From Raillietiella orientalis (Eukaryota): a stretch of 64,000 nt of DNA. The position numbers and the translations under genes are program-made. Each line of letters begins with the position of its first letter. Position 1 is the first letter of the stretch. The notes under the pieces are model-generated. The model searched no databases, was not told where the DNA came from, and saw only the letters and a program-made list of their open reading frames with translations. This document shows, in pieces, positions 1 to 10,335 of this stretch. The stretch is from assembly GCA_036172245.1 (NCBI GenBank), contig JAYWIR010000011.1, positions 4,340,001-4,404,000 on the forward strand, given 5' to 3'.

Positions 1-1118
1 ATCATCCGTCCCATTGTGGCTCTTTCAGCGTCCCGCATTCTTTTTGGATTTCCTTTTCCACTGAAAAGCGATCTGCCTTGGAAACGGTGGCAGTCGCAAA
101 GTTGTCAAATGAAAACCGCAAACACGCAGCCTGAAAAGAAGTGCCAATGCAACAGCTATGCAAAATACTTTGTTCGATCAGGATTCGGAATTCTGTTGAC
201 ACCGCGGTCTGCGGAAGGCTCACCAGGGTCATGCGAGTTTCCAATTGCAAGAACGGGCATCGGATTGCATGTCCGTGTACCTCGAGAATCCCCCCCCGTC
301 CCCACTCCCCTGCTGCCAAGCGTGGCGCGTGCCCCGAAGCATCGCGACAGGTAATGCCTGTCGGGATGCTCGAGTGGATGCTGTCCTTTTCGGTGTTGGC
401 AACTGATGGCACTTCAGTGCGTCAGAGGATGGTTAGTCTAATCGAAATTTTGGGTCATTTGTGTATACCACGTGTTCCTTCAGGGTTCCCCGTCAGTTTG
501 CTCGGGGGGGGGGGCATTTATTTGCTAATCTGATTCTTGCCATGCTTGTTTTCTCACCATGCACATACGTCTCCGAAAGCTTCATGTGCTCGTAGCTGTA
601 GGGTATCATTCGTAAAAAAAAAAAAAAAAAAAAAAAAAACTTGATTTCTTTGCAAAGATAGGACCGCATTTAAACCGAAAGCTGCCAGCAGCAAGGTCAT
701 TGACCAAAATTATGGCCAATGGATTTGGCTGGCCACGTCTGATTTTCCAGATGTCTCTCACGGTCTTCAAAAAGCAGCGTTCCCCCCCTGATTCAATTTG
801 CGAAATTCAGTTTTCGTTCGATTTGCAAGATGAGGGATGAGGAACTGTGTGTACGCTTCCATGTTGGTCCGTGAAAGTAGAACGGAAAAGAAAGGCATTT
901 TTTTTTTTTTTCTTGCTGTATGATACCTCACACGTAGTTAAAGAGTTCGCATTTGAGATGAATCCGTTTTCTCAGCTGCAATAATTCACTCAAGCAGGTT
1001 GCACAGTATACGCCATTGCTCTCAGTGCTTTGCTCAGACAAATAGAATGCATATTGAAATGGATGCACGTCGTTTCGCGGTTCTGTTCTGCTCGTGATGC
1101 ATATCTTTTTGTTTTAAG

Positions 1119-1267
1119 ATGGTGGTAAACGCTCGTGGTCCAGTGAAGATCCAAGATCCATTTCCAAGAACATGGATCTGGCTCGTAAGGAAAAACAGGG
1201 TCGTGCATATGTATACAGTCTTCAGAAAACGAAGGAGTGAGGAGCAGCACCTGTTCTTACATTCTAC
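1119..1267 (+). CDS. Candidate upstream mini-exons of IQGAP (1119-1184, 1219-1267)
   Basis: GT-AG introns 1185-1218 (34 nt) and 1268-1315 (48 nt) join in phase to give ...KNMDLALFRKRRSEEQHLFLHST-WIEFL. This loosely resembles the IQGAP MDERRRQ..W segment. Possible ATG at 1172. Confidence 0.4.
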
Positions 1268-1315
1268 GTGTCGGAGTTAATCCCCTCAGGGCTAAAGTAG
1301 GGGTGTACTTTTCAG

Positions 1316-4300
1316 ATGGATAGAATTTCTCATAGAAGAAGAGCTGCCGGTCACAGCCGAACTGGAGGACGCCCTCCGAAACGGTGTCTATCTTGCTAAA
1401 TTGGCTCGATCCATGTTTCCCGACGACCCAAAGACAAGTAAAATATTTGACGAAGACCAGTCCTTCTATAAGAGCAAGGGTCTGCATTTCAAGCACACCG
1501 AAAACGTCAACTTGTTCTTGGAGGCTTTGAGAAAATTGAAGATGTCGGAGGTTTGTGTGTTTTGGGAAGCTTCGCTCACTATAAAAAGAAAAAACAAAAG
1601 ACTTTTTATTGCAATCATATCAAAGTAAACGGAAAAAAAAAAAAAAAAAAAAAAAAAACGAACCACGCGTGGGAACTGCACTTGTCTTCCCTACTGTCTT
1701 TGACATCAGGTCCATATTCCTACCACTTGCGATGTCTTCGAGAAAAAAAACATCCCCAAGTTGATCATTTGTTTGAACGAGCTCAGTTGCATTTTGTCCG
1801 ACGCGGGACAGAGGCCCCAGGAGTCTCCGGCCCACGAGCCGGTGAATTTCACCCGTAAGTCCAAAAGGTCCGCGTGCCCTCCCATCCCGCGCAGCAGCGT
1901 CTCCTCGTGGTGGCGATGGGGCTCACACGCGATTTGGAGGCACGTAAAGGGAATTTGCGAGGATACCCGGCGGGGAGCGACGTGCGCGCGACAACCGTGG
2001 GACCGCGGGCGGCGATTTCCGGTTGGCGGAAGATGCTCGCCGACTGGGAGATCTGACGAGCATCTCTCGCTCTCGAATGCTTTCTCTAGACTTGCTCGCT
2101 ATCGAACCGGAGGTGGTGGTATTGCGCACTGCTCACCATCGATTCCGTGACACGCCAAGTTCCGGCAAGTGGCTGCAGGCACCTTCCCTTTTCAATCCAC
2201 TCTTTTTGAGATGGATGCTTTGCCGAATGCCTTTGCTGAATCAGCTCGTCTCTTGTGAGAAACGAATGGATCGCGGGATCTTCGAAAAGCATGAGGAAGG
2301 AGGATGATCCGAAGGCGTGTTCGTGTCCCTGCGGGGGCGCTCCCGTTGCCTTTGCCCTGGTCTTCAGAATTTCTGACCAAGATGACACGGACGAGACGAT
2401 CGCGCTTCATCGGACTCGGAAGCTCCATCTCGATTCTCCTGTGGTACGGGAAGGACGGAGCTGAATTTTTCCGGATCGATTTCTGTTTGGTTTTCCGCTG
2501 ACCAATCGCATTCACGCCCGTCGATCGATGAACGAGCATAGGAAGCACGATGAATGAGGCGGTAAACAAATTCCAGCGAAGCTTAAGGTAAATCTTCGGG
2601 AGAAAAAGACCACCAACCTCTCGACTTGCGCAAGAACGCTTGGCTCAATTGCGAAAACTCTCAGTGCCAAACGAAAGGCCGAGCGCCTGAGCCGTGGACA
2701 AAACCATCTTCCTTTCAACGAGGAGCACCGTCCCCTCTTGAGCATGGATCAGTCCTTCCTCGGAGTCCTTCGACGAGGCTATACGCGGGAAATCCTTCCC
2801 ATGCGTGTCGTCATGTAATTCTCAATCCTTTACATATATTCGTCGGAGAGGATCAACCGCCCGTGGGGTCGACTCTGGACAGATTTTCGGGACGATCGGC
2901 ATACGTGTTGCGAGCAAACACATACGTTCGAGAATGGGATGCGAACTAAGGGGGAAATGGAGTCCAGCGGCATGGAGGGAATGGGGTCTGTGCACTGTGA
3001 ACCTCACTGCTCCTACTCGTGGATGCTGAAGATGAGCTACGAGACATGGATTCGTGGACGGCACTGGAGTCGAACTGAACATGGAAGGGGTGCTGGTTTT
3101 TGTTTACCTAAACAAGGCGAGTTTTGTGCCGCGAGTTCCTACCGGGACTTTGTTCCCACGACTACGTTTTCTTACTGAAAAGCTTCCCAGCGTTCGTTTG
3201 GCAGATTATGATATTTGGTTCCAGTAATCCAAGTGATTTACCTGCGTGGACGAAACAGGTTTTGTTTTTGAGAAAGAAGGTGTTTTTTTTTCTCCTTCTT
3301 TTCCTTTTTCGAGCCATTCTTGCTTGGTTGTCGTTCTACCCGACCGACCTGTTTACCAGACACTCATGAGTCAACACCTCTATCACGCGAACTCTGTATG
3401 TTCCACTTGGTGAAGTAACACTTCCTCAGTAACTTACACACGTGTATGTCCTCGTTTCCTCCCACAAGATACATCGTAGCTTCCCTAGTCAAACTCCATC
3501 TGTCATCCCTTAATAGACGTGTCGAACTGAGCGAAAAATCCGATCAACACTTCCACTCCTGAGGGTTGGCAGTGTGGAGTCTTCCTTTCGCTGTCCTGCA
3601 ACAACTACCACTATTCTCGACTTGGCCGTTTTTCAACAGCGTGTATTTCCTCGCGAATGCTTGCTGGTCTCTAGGTGCAGTGTCGTATATGTCAAGCCTG
3701 CGGCCGGTTTATTTCAAGTTTCCAGATTCTCCTGTTGTGCGTTTTGGGGACACGACGTATTGTAATTCAGCGCCACTCGAAAGTTCTACTATCCGCAGGA
3801 GGGAAAGGAACGCCGCACTGGTTTCCATCTGTCTCCCTAATTCCATTCCTTTTCTGTTTCACTTTATACTGAATTTGCAGTCGTCTAGTCATTCCGGAAC
3901 TGCGCCGTCTCTCTGTTCTTACTGTTCCTTGAGATCTGGGAGGGGATCGAGCGAAAACGGAGGCATTCGGTTTGCTATTTGCAGCCTTCTTCTCATCTTC
4001 CACCCCTGAATTCTCGCTCTTCCTTGCCGTCGAAGTCCCATCGAGAGAGAAACATTGTCCAAAAGGTTGTCCAGGTTCTTGTTCGCAGTCTTCATTTTTT
4101 ACTTTTCCTTGCTCAGTCTTTTGAATGATGGAAAGTTGATTGCAGACGGCATCGATTACAGAATCGGCACCCTGAACCATCCGTCACTTCGGTCCCGTGC
4201 TCTCGGAATTTTCGGTGAAAACAAGCACGGAATTCGGTTGGTCATGTTTTCGTTTTCATACCGTCCTTGTCACCAAGGGTGGCGCCTGTTCCTTCGCGAG

Positions 4301-7300
4301 GGCGCATGCGGTGTCCATTCCTGGTGGTTTTCATCCGAATCTTTTCGCTCGATATCTTTCACTTGCCCATCATCCCCGCGATCTACGGAAGATGATGAAA
4401 CAGGCCATTGCGAACGTCTTGCAGGTGGAGTGCAAACCTCCATTGAAGAAGGACCCGGTCCCTGCTCTCTGCACGACGAACAGTTTCCTCTGCCTAAACG
4501 CGCTAGATTCGAGTTGTTTCCAACGGAACGCTATTCCTCGGAAAGCGAAAAAGGACATCCCAGAAGCAAAGCGCCCAGTGAAAGGTCGATCCCAGAAATT
4601 TTCCAAGCATTGCAAGAAACGTGCCTCGATCTCCCTCGAGTTGTACCAGCAGGTGTCCAGCCTCAGTCCTTTCATTTGTATCATTCTGCAATCCGTGCAT
4701 TGCTGCGGAGTAAGAAGGTGCGCCGAGGAGTCTGCATCTGCATGTTTTCATTGCCGATTTTTCAAGGAGGACTTCACCGTAGAAGGACTGGACAAGGCGC
4801 TTTTGTTTGTGACCTCTGTGTGGGAAGTTAGCACCAAACTGCGAAGCGGCGACGAAGAAGGTGCATGGCAGGCGATGTTGCAGCCTCATCTCTGCCTCGA
4901 GGTTCAGTTATCCAGGTTCTTTTCTCGCACGTAACTCGTATTTTGCAGAAGGTGTATTCTGCCAGACGTGCTCAATACCTTTGCATATTGCGCAGCAAAT
5001 TGAAAGATGGAGAAATCCTAGGAATCGCTGATCTTCAGCAGTGCGTGGATGCAGTCAACGCTGGATCTGTGAGAAGGCTTATGGCCATCTTCCGAGCGAT
5101 CTCTCGCGGACATGTGCTTCTCCTTCGAAGCCGCAGATACCTCGGCGCGGTCAGGCGCGTGCAGCGCTGGTGGCGAGCGACGTACGTGCGCTATCTGTTC
5201 AGGCTGCTGTCTCGGTCTAACGACTGCCCCTCTTTGCACGCCCTGCGTCGCTTTCTGCATGTCTTGGAGATTACTCATGCAGACTACGAAGAAGACAACA
5301 AGTTGGAGGTGCGTGGATGGAGGGTTTGGCAACGCTTTTCTTGTCGTGACGCCAGATGTCTTCTTACAGGAGATGCGCAACGCAGTGAACACGCTGATCG
5401 CGCAGAACCGGGAACTGGAAAACTCGTTGGACACCAAATTCGTGTGGATCGGCCTGATGGTGCACAACCAGATGACGGTAAAGAGGAGCGAGACGTTAAT
5501 CCGTTGCTTGGAGAGCGTTCTCCGCGATTCTCCAGGAGCTTTTCAAAAGCAAGCGTTCGACTAGCGGAAGCTCTTCTCCTTCGCGGTTAACCCAAGAGAA
5601 TGTTTCCTGGCATCATGCTATGCAGCAAATGATTTACCTGCTTCAAACTCGACCGCATTACCTAGCGGAGCTAGTGGTGTCTTCGCCCCAGGAAGGCAGG
5701 CAACTGGGCGACACCGTGTTACGGTTGTTCGGCAGCCCTCCAGGACCGAGAGAGGAGTTTTTCCTGATGAAGTTACTCGAGACAGTTCTCGATCTGGAAC
5801 TGACCCCGGAGCAGCCCAACATCATCGAAAGATCCTGGGCGTTGCGCACCGTTGTCAAGTTCAACTCTTGCTTTTCGCAGAGTGACACCATGGTGCGCAT
5901 TCTCGGCTCGTCTATCCACGCTATTCTGTGCGACGAGTCTCTGGACCTGACCACCGACCCCGTTGAAGCGTACAAGGCTTGGCGCAGGGATCAAGCTCTG
6001 AACGCGAACTCGAGTTGGGCTGTACCCGGCGAGATAACCCAGGAGCAGGCGCTGTCCTACTCGGAAGTGCAGGACCGCCTCTCTTTGTCCAATCGCGCCT
6101 TGCTTCGTTACACCAGACTCTTTCTGGAACGTTTGCTGGCGAACGTCAAGTTCATTCCTTACTCCCTGCGCCGCATGGCAAAGGTCCTCCGCGACCTGCT
6201 CTTGCGGAAGAATCTGATGCAACACAAAGATGCTCTGAAGATCGTGAGCAGTTTGTTGTACGAACAGTACTTGCAGAAAGCCATTACCGCGCCCGATCAG
6301 TTTGGCTTGCTTCCCAGTCCTCAGTTTGTGCTTACCAAACGCCATTCCAGAAACCTGAGTTCGGTAGCCAAGCTGCTTCTCTATGCATCCGCGAAGAAAG
6401 GATTCGACTACAAGTACGCCCCTCACCTCGCTTGCTTGAACTCCTTTCTGATACGAAGTCACGAGACGTTCCGTTGCCTATGCGAAGCAGCGTGCGAGGT
6501 GCCGGAGCCGTGTGATCACTATGGCATCCACCCCTATTTTGATGATGTACTCATTGGCAAGCCGATCGTAGTGCTTCCCTGGCAGGTACGTCTCCATTTC
6601 CCATGGGGTATTGGGAACGAAGAGGTGGAGGGGGAGGTGAATGAAGCTTTGGAATTTACCTTCAGGGCATCGTCAGCTTGCATACTTCTCTGTTCCTCAA
6701 CGTGGATTCCCTGGCGCCAAGCATCGATGATCCCCTGCAAGTGCTGCTGAGGGAGCTGGGCTCGCCTTACGTCCTGCAGCGGCAGTTTCAGCACGGCCGG
6801 CCAGCCACTGCCGAGGTTCGGTTCGAGCTCCGCCGCGTAGGCGTTCCGGAGGCGTCGGAGCAGCGGGCGCGCCTGCTACTGCGCGTCAAGCAGAACCTCG
6901 TCGACGTGCTCCGCGTGTGCAGCGGCTGCGACCTTCTCCACGTCCTACAGTCCGAGCCTACGGAGCAGGAGAACTCGGCCTACTCCCTCCTGAAACCGCA
7001 GCACAGCGTCAGCCTGGCGGGTGTAAAGCAGCGCCTGTGGGAAGACATCCAAAGCCTTGGAGATGATCCCTGGACTCTCCTGACGCAGATCAGGAACGAC
7101 GTCCGGCTTCGGCAGCTCCAGCGGCGGTTGCGCTCGAAGGAGTTGCAGATGCTGACTGACACTCTTCGTCAGCTGGAGGAGAAGCAGAGCCTCATGAGGG
7201 AGAAGGACCTCTGCTACGAGCAGTACCTGCAGTCCTGTCGCAAGAACCTCAAACAGTACGTTGTAACAGGTTCCGGGCGAACCGGACCCTCTCCCCTCAG

Positions 7301-7684
7301 ATCCCCCCCGTCTTAACCTGATTGTCTGTCCTTTTTTTTCTTCCCTCCCTTAGGAAGAAGGCCGTGGGTTCCGTGCGCTACCGTCTGCCTCACCTAATGG
7401 AGAAGGAGGTAATTGTCCCTTCCGGAGGAGCGGGAGGCGGCTTCCCCAGAGAGCACAAGAACACGGTCGTCTTCATCGAGGTGAGGGAGAAGCCTGGCGT
7501 GTTTGCGGTCGTCTTCCACGTTTCGGGCGTCCGCCTGGATCCCGTGATCCTGGATCTTCAGGAGCTGCTGATACACCAGTTCGACGGCCACTCCATGTAC
7601 CCTCTGCGCGACGGTTTGGAACTTGACATCAGCAGGTTCATGAGGCTGATAAAGAAGAAGTTCTGCTCACGCGACCGAACCTGA
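1316..7684 (+). CDS. IQGAP: IQGAP-family Ras GTPase-activating-like scaffold protein (multi-exon: CH domain, IQGAP repeats, IQ motifs, GAP-related domain, RasGAP_C)
   Basis: Phase-consistent GT-AG exons. 1316-1550: WIEFLIEEELPVTAELEDALRNGVYLAKLA...GLHFKHTENVNLFLEAL (CH domain). 1710-1854: HIPTTCDVFEKKNIPKLIICLNELS. An exon ending 4717, then 4767-4901 and 4949-5308: IQGAP repeats and IQ motif VRRVQRWWRATYVR. 5370-5477: MRNAVNTLIAQNRELENSLD..IGLMVHN. 5536-6585: MIYLLQTRPHYLA...IPYSLRRMAK...AITAPDQF...RNLSSVAKLL. 6666-7255 and 7354-7684: C-terminal LDLQELLIHQFDG, stop TGA. Exons between 1855 and about 4420 were not resolved. Confidence 0.92.
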
Positions 7685-8344
7685 AGCAAATCCCGCCACG
7701 TCCTTCCCCTCTTGTTTTTCGGCTCTGCAGCTTTTGTGCCGCTGCTGATGCAGTGCGATGACTGCTCGGTAGTCTCTTGGGGGCTTCATTGAGTGTGACC
7801 ATGCCCCATCTCTTCGCTCATTCCCCCTGCACACCAGCACTCGGGGGTGTGCATCCGTCCTGGGCATCCTTAAGGTACCCCCTGCACACCAGCGGGCTCT
7901 TCTAGTCATTGTCATTAAAGACTTCTCCACTTCGCCTGAGAGATTGACTCCTCCAGGTGTGTTCTCCCTCGACTTTGCAAATTTTTTTTTTTTTTCGCTC
8001 CACTTCTTTCTTTTCGGGACGCGCCTCGTACCCCTCCGTGTCGGACACTAACCGGAAGTATATGTAGGGAAGTTGCTTAGGGTCTTACCACCCGCCCTCG
8101 CGTGGTTTCGTTTGAACAACTGGCGCCGTCCGCGCTAGCCGCAAGCTGGGGATGCGCGGTTGCTGTTTTAGTAGCTGCAGTCCGTCGGAGCCCCTTCCCC
8201 CCTCTTGCTGGGTTCCTCCCTTTTCGCTGCTGCCTGTACGGTGTCCTCAAATCTTTCGCCAGTATCATCGGGATCTCTCGCTAGGGGGCACCACTTTACG
8301 AACTAGATGTTCGGGAAGCAGCCACTCCCAAGGGTCCATGGTAT

Positions 8345-8775
8345 CGTCAGCCCACATCTAGGGGGAGAAGACTCGCTGTCCGAGTTGACGCCACAGCTAC
8401 CGGCAGCGGCGAGCTCGGGGTCACGAGGTAGGGGAGGAGCAGTGCGGCTGGTGCTGCCTTCGACCCTTCTTCCCCCACTTTTCCCGCGACTCTCCCCGGG
8501 ACCTTCGCCACTCCCAAGGGTCCAAGGTCAGCACAGCGCAGTTCTGTGGCGTTCTCTCGTGTCTGGGGGTGGGAGAAGGGGAAGAGGATGTTTCCGCAGA
8601 AATACATTGAAATAGGGAAGAGGGACAGCAAGCCGAAGGGAGAGGCATAATGCCTCCTTTAAATAGCAGCTTCTCTTTCGAGAGAGCCCACCTCCTGCTT
8701 TTCCTCTGCCTCCGTGGAAGGACCCTGTTTTCCCAGTGAACGCTCTCCCTTTATTGTTTCTCAAAAAAAGGGAAG
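8345..8775. repeat. Diverged direct repeat, copy 1 (copy 2 at about 9950-10335)
   Basis: Blocks shared with copy 2: tcagcccacatc.agggg.gaagactc, ggggaggagca..gcggctggtgc, cagcacagcgcag.tctg, tctgggg.t.ggagaaggggaagagga. Similarity is weaker beyond about 8620. Confidence 0.8.
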
Positions 8776-8790
8776 GCGTGCCTCGCCTTG

Positions 8791-9678
8791 TCATGCGCAA
8801 CCGGGGATGATGACTCCTCGAGGGCAATTGGACGCTGCAACTGAGAAGGTGATGGCGACGTCCGAGTTGACGCTGGTGGCTATGATTGTTTGGGTGACGG
8901 TGGAGGTTGCCGTGATTGTGGAGGCGAATAGGCAGTTCCTGGCGGGGGGCGGCCGGACATTCGGCGCACCATTTTGCCGCCGCGTCCGATTCCACCATCC
9001 CCCTCTTCCATCATCAATGCCTCCGCCTCTTCCTCCTCCCCATCCACTTCCGCCTCTTCCTCCTCCTCCTCCCCATCCACTTCCGCCTCTTCCTCCTCCT
9101 CCTCCCCATCCACTTCCGCCTCTTCCTCCTCCACTTCCTCCTCCGCCTCCTCCTCCACCTCCGCCTCTTCCTCCTTCACCTCCTCCTCCCCATTCATCTC
9201 CGCCCCTTCCTCCTCCACCTCCGCCTCCTTCACCTCCTCCCCATCCTCCTCCACCTCCGCCTCTTCCTCCTTCCCATCCTCCACCTCCTCCATCCGGTGC
9301 ATCTCTCCTTCTGCGTCCGGCCATTGTGCCGGTGCACGTGACCGCCGCTCCACTGTTGCAGGCGAGCGGCACCACGGTGTCGATGGTCATCGTGGTCGTG
9401 GTCATCACGTACACGGTGGAGATCTTGCCGAAGATTCCCAGGTTGATCTGCTGGAAGTTCAGCTGCTTCTCGCTGCGGCTGCTCCCATAGTTGTCGTCGT
9501 CGGGGGTGAACGAAGGCTCCAGGGCACTCCCTGGAAAACAGAGCATCTCGAGGCGTCTCCGCAACGGTGGGTCGAACGCACCTGGCGTCGTCCTGGTCCT
9601 CTCTTCCCAGTAGTGCACCGCTGCTGTGTCACGAAAGAAGAGGACGACGAAGAGCGGCACGACGGTGAAGGCCGGCAT
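8791..9678 (-). CDS. Secreted protein, 295 aa: signal peptide, Thr-rich/Cys segments, central Gly/Trp/Arg-rich repeat
   Basis: Single ATG-to-stop ORF. N-terminal hydrophobic MPAFTVVPLFVVLFFRDTAA. TTTTMTIDTVVPLAC..C..RRRR segment and C-terminal T-rich ..NCPRGVIIPGCA, an architecture reminiscent of uncharacterised arthropod secreted proteins. AATAAA on the - strand (tttatt at 8750-8755) lies about 35 nt after the stop. Confidence 0.75.
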   Translation of the reverse strand: MPAFTVVPLFVVLFFRDTAAVHYWEERTRTTPGAFDPPLRRRLEMLCFPGSALEPSFTPDDDNYGSSRSEKQLNFQQINLGIFGKISTVYVMTTTTMTIDTVVPLACNSGAAVTCTGTMAGRRRRDAPDGGGGGWEGGRGGGGGGWGGGEGGGGGGGRGGDEWGGGGEGGRGGGGGGGGGGSGGGRGGSGWGGGGGRGGSGWGGGGGRGGSGWGGGRGGGIDDGRGGWWNRTRRQNGAPNVRPPPARNCLFASTITATSTVTQTIIATSVNSDVAITFSVAASNCPRGVIIPGCA

Positions 9679-9949
9679 CTAGAAAACGAGAGCGTTTTGG
9701 ATTCGTTTCCCTCGAAGGGTAGAGGGCTGTCGTAGGGGCTTTGCTCCTGCTGCTGCTGCTGCCGTTGGCGAGTGTGACAGAAAGTACGGGCGACGGTGGT
9801 CGACTTCCGCCGTCTCCCAAGCAAGTCTTGGTGCTACTGGTCGTCTCACCTTCCCCTAAGGAGCTCTCCGGGAAGGGGAGTGGGCAAGCGATGCAGCAGC
9901 AGTAGCAGCCCGAAGGAGGGTTTGATTGCTGGAACGCTAGGAAGGGAAG

Positions 9950-10335
9950 TGATCAGCCCACATCCAGGGGGGGAAGACTCCGGTTGTTGGCGCCACCACG
10001 GCGACCGCCAACGGCGAGTTCGTAATCACGAAACGGGGGAGGAGCAACGCGGCTGGTGCCGTCCCCTCTTCCACTCCTTTTTCAGCGATGAACCTTCGCT
10101 CCTCCCGAGGGGTCAAGGGCAGCACAGCGCAGCTCTGCGAAGCTCTCTCATCTCTGGGGTTAGGAGAAGGGGAAGAGGACGTCTCTGGAGGGGTACATTG
10201 GGGGAGAGGAATATATTCGCGTTCTTAAACTCTTTCCTCCTCCCTCGGAAGAGGGAATCTCCGAGGTGTTTTCTAGTCATTTCGTGAGCACCGTCTCCCC
10301 GTTGCTCCTTTCTCTGGAGGGTGAAGGGAAGGTGA
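9950..10335. repeat. Diverged direct repeat, copy 2
   Basis: Aligns by eye to 8345-8775 in the same orientation. Confidence 0.8.

Noticed and set aside
8714..9735. Poly-Pro (8714-9490 +), poly-Ser (8974-9735 +) and poly-Glu (8880-9353 -) ORFs
   Set aside because: These are alternate frames of the GGA-rich block. Only 8791-9678(-) has an ATG, a signal peptide, sensible flanks and a polyA signal.
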